Virus record (IMG/VR): IMGVR_UViG_3300042473_000065
Location: 1 to 26,318 of that record
Source: a virus
Taxonomy: Duplodnaviria > Caudoviricetes
Strand: one strand, 5' to 3'
Length of the DNA stretch: 26,318 bases
Shown here: positions 26,177 through 26,318 of the stretch, one piece after another
Layout: each line of letters begins with the position of its first letter
How positions within the stretch are numbered: the stretch's first letter is position 1
Notes under the pieces: generated by a model
What the model was told of the DNA's origin: nothing
The model's input: only the letters and a program-made list of their open reading frames with translations
The model's database searches: none
Made by a program: the position numbers and the translations under genes

Positions 26177-26318
26177 ATGCAGATTTTATAATATTTTGTC
26201 CATTTCATAATAATCACAGAACCCCCGCAGCAGAAGTACACAAAACCAATGGAATGTTCTTTTGTTTCTCATGTCAAAAGTCTGCAGACTTAATAGAGTT
26301 AGTAATGCATACCTCTGG
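26077..26318 (+). CDS. dnaG: DNA primase, N-terminal CHC2 zinc-binding domain (3'-truncated; not in the ORF track)
   Basis: Manual translation from ATG 26077: MDSRNRRNQPSPYTDEQVKRVLAGSG...FIIFCPFHNNHRTPAAEVHKTNGMFFCFSCQKSADLIELVMHTS. It contains the CPFH...CxxC motif, is open to the window end, and lies downstream of dnaB. Confidence 0.88.
   Translation, partial: MDSRNRRNQPSPYTDEQVKRVLAGSGTTVESELDADFIIFCPFHNNHRTPAAEVHKTNGMFFCFSCQKSADLIELVMHTS

Noticed and set aside
1-26318. tRNA genes, CRISPR arrays, IS elements, DGR repeats and stop-codon recoding
   Set aside because: The intergenic gaps are too short for RNA genes or arrays. I saw no transposase or reverse transcriptase. TAA, TAG and TGA all end genes, with dense coding under the standard code.

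Overview
A segment of a tailed dsDNA phage genome with siphovirus-type gene order. It is AT-rich, and every credible gene is on the + strand. It runs from the 3' part of an HK97-fold major capsid gene through head-tail joining genes, the major tail protein, two paralogous tail assembly chaperones, a 3329-aa tape measure protein (TMP) and tail tip/baseplate genes. It then continues directly into a Zn-finger gene, a MerR-like HTH gene, a DnaB-like helicase and the start of a CHC2-zinc-finger primase. Main observations: (1) the TMP carries an insert of about 850 aa between two hydrophobic segments, divided by short recurring motifs, holding a HipA/PI3K-PI4K-like kinase fold and a possible degenerate HNH-like module, which suggests a virion-delivered effector cassette; (2) the usual frameshifted G/G-T chaperone pair appears to be replaced by an in-frame G-T fusion gene plus a duplicated stand-alone G gene, each with its own promoter; (3) extended -10 promoters recur, several positioned for leaderless transcripts, hinting at an actinobacterial host. 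All function calls come from motif reading and synteny; no database search was run.
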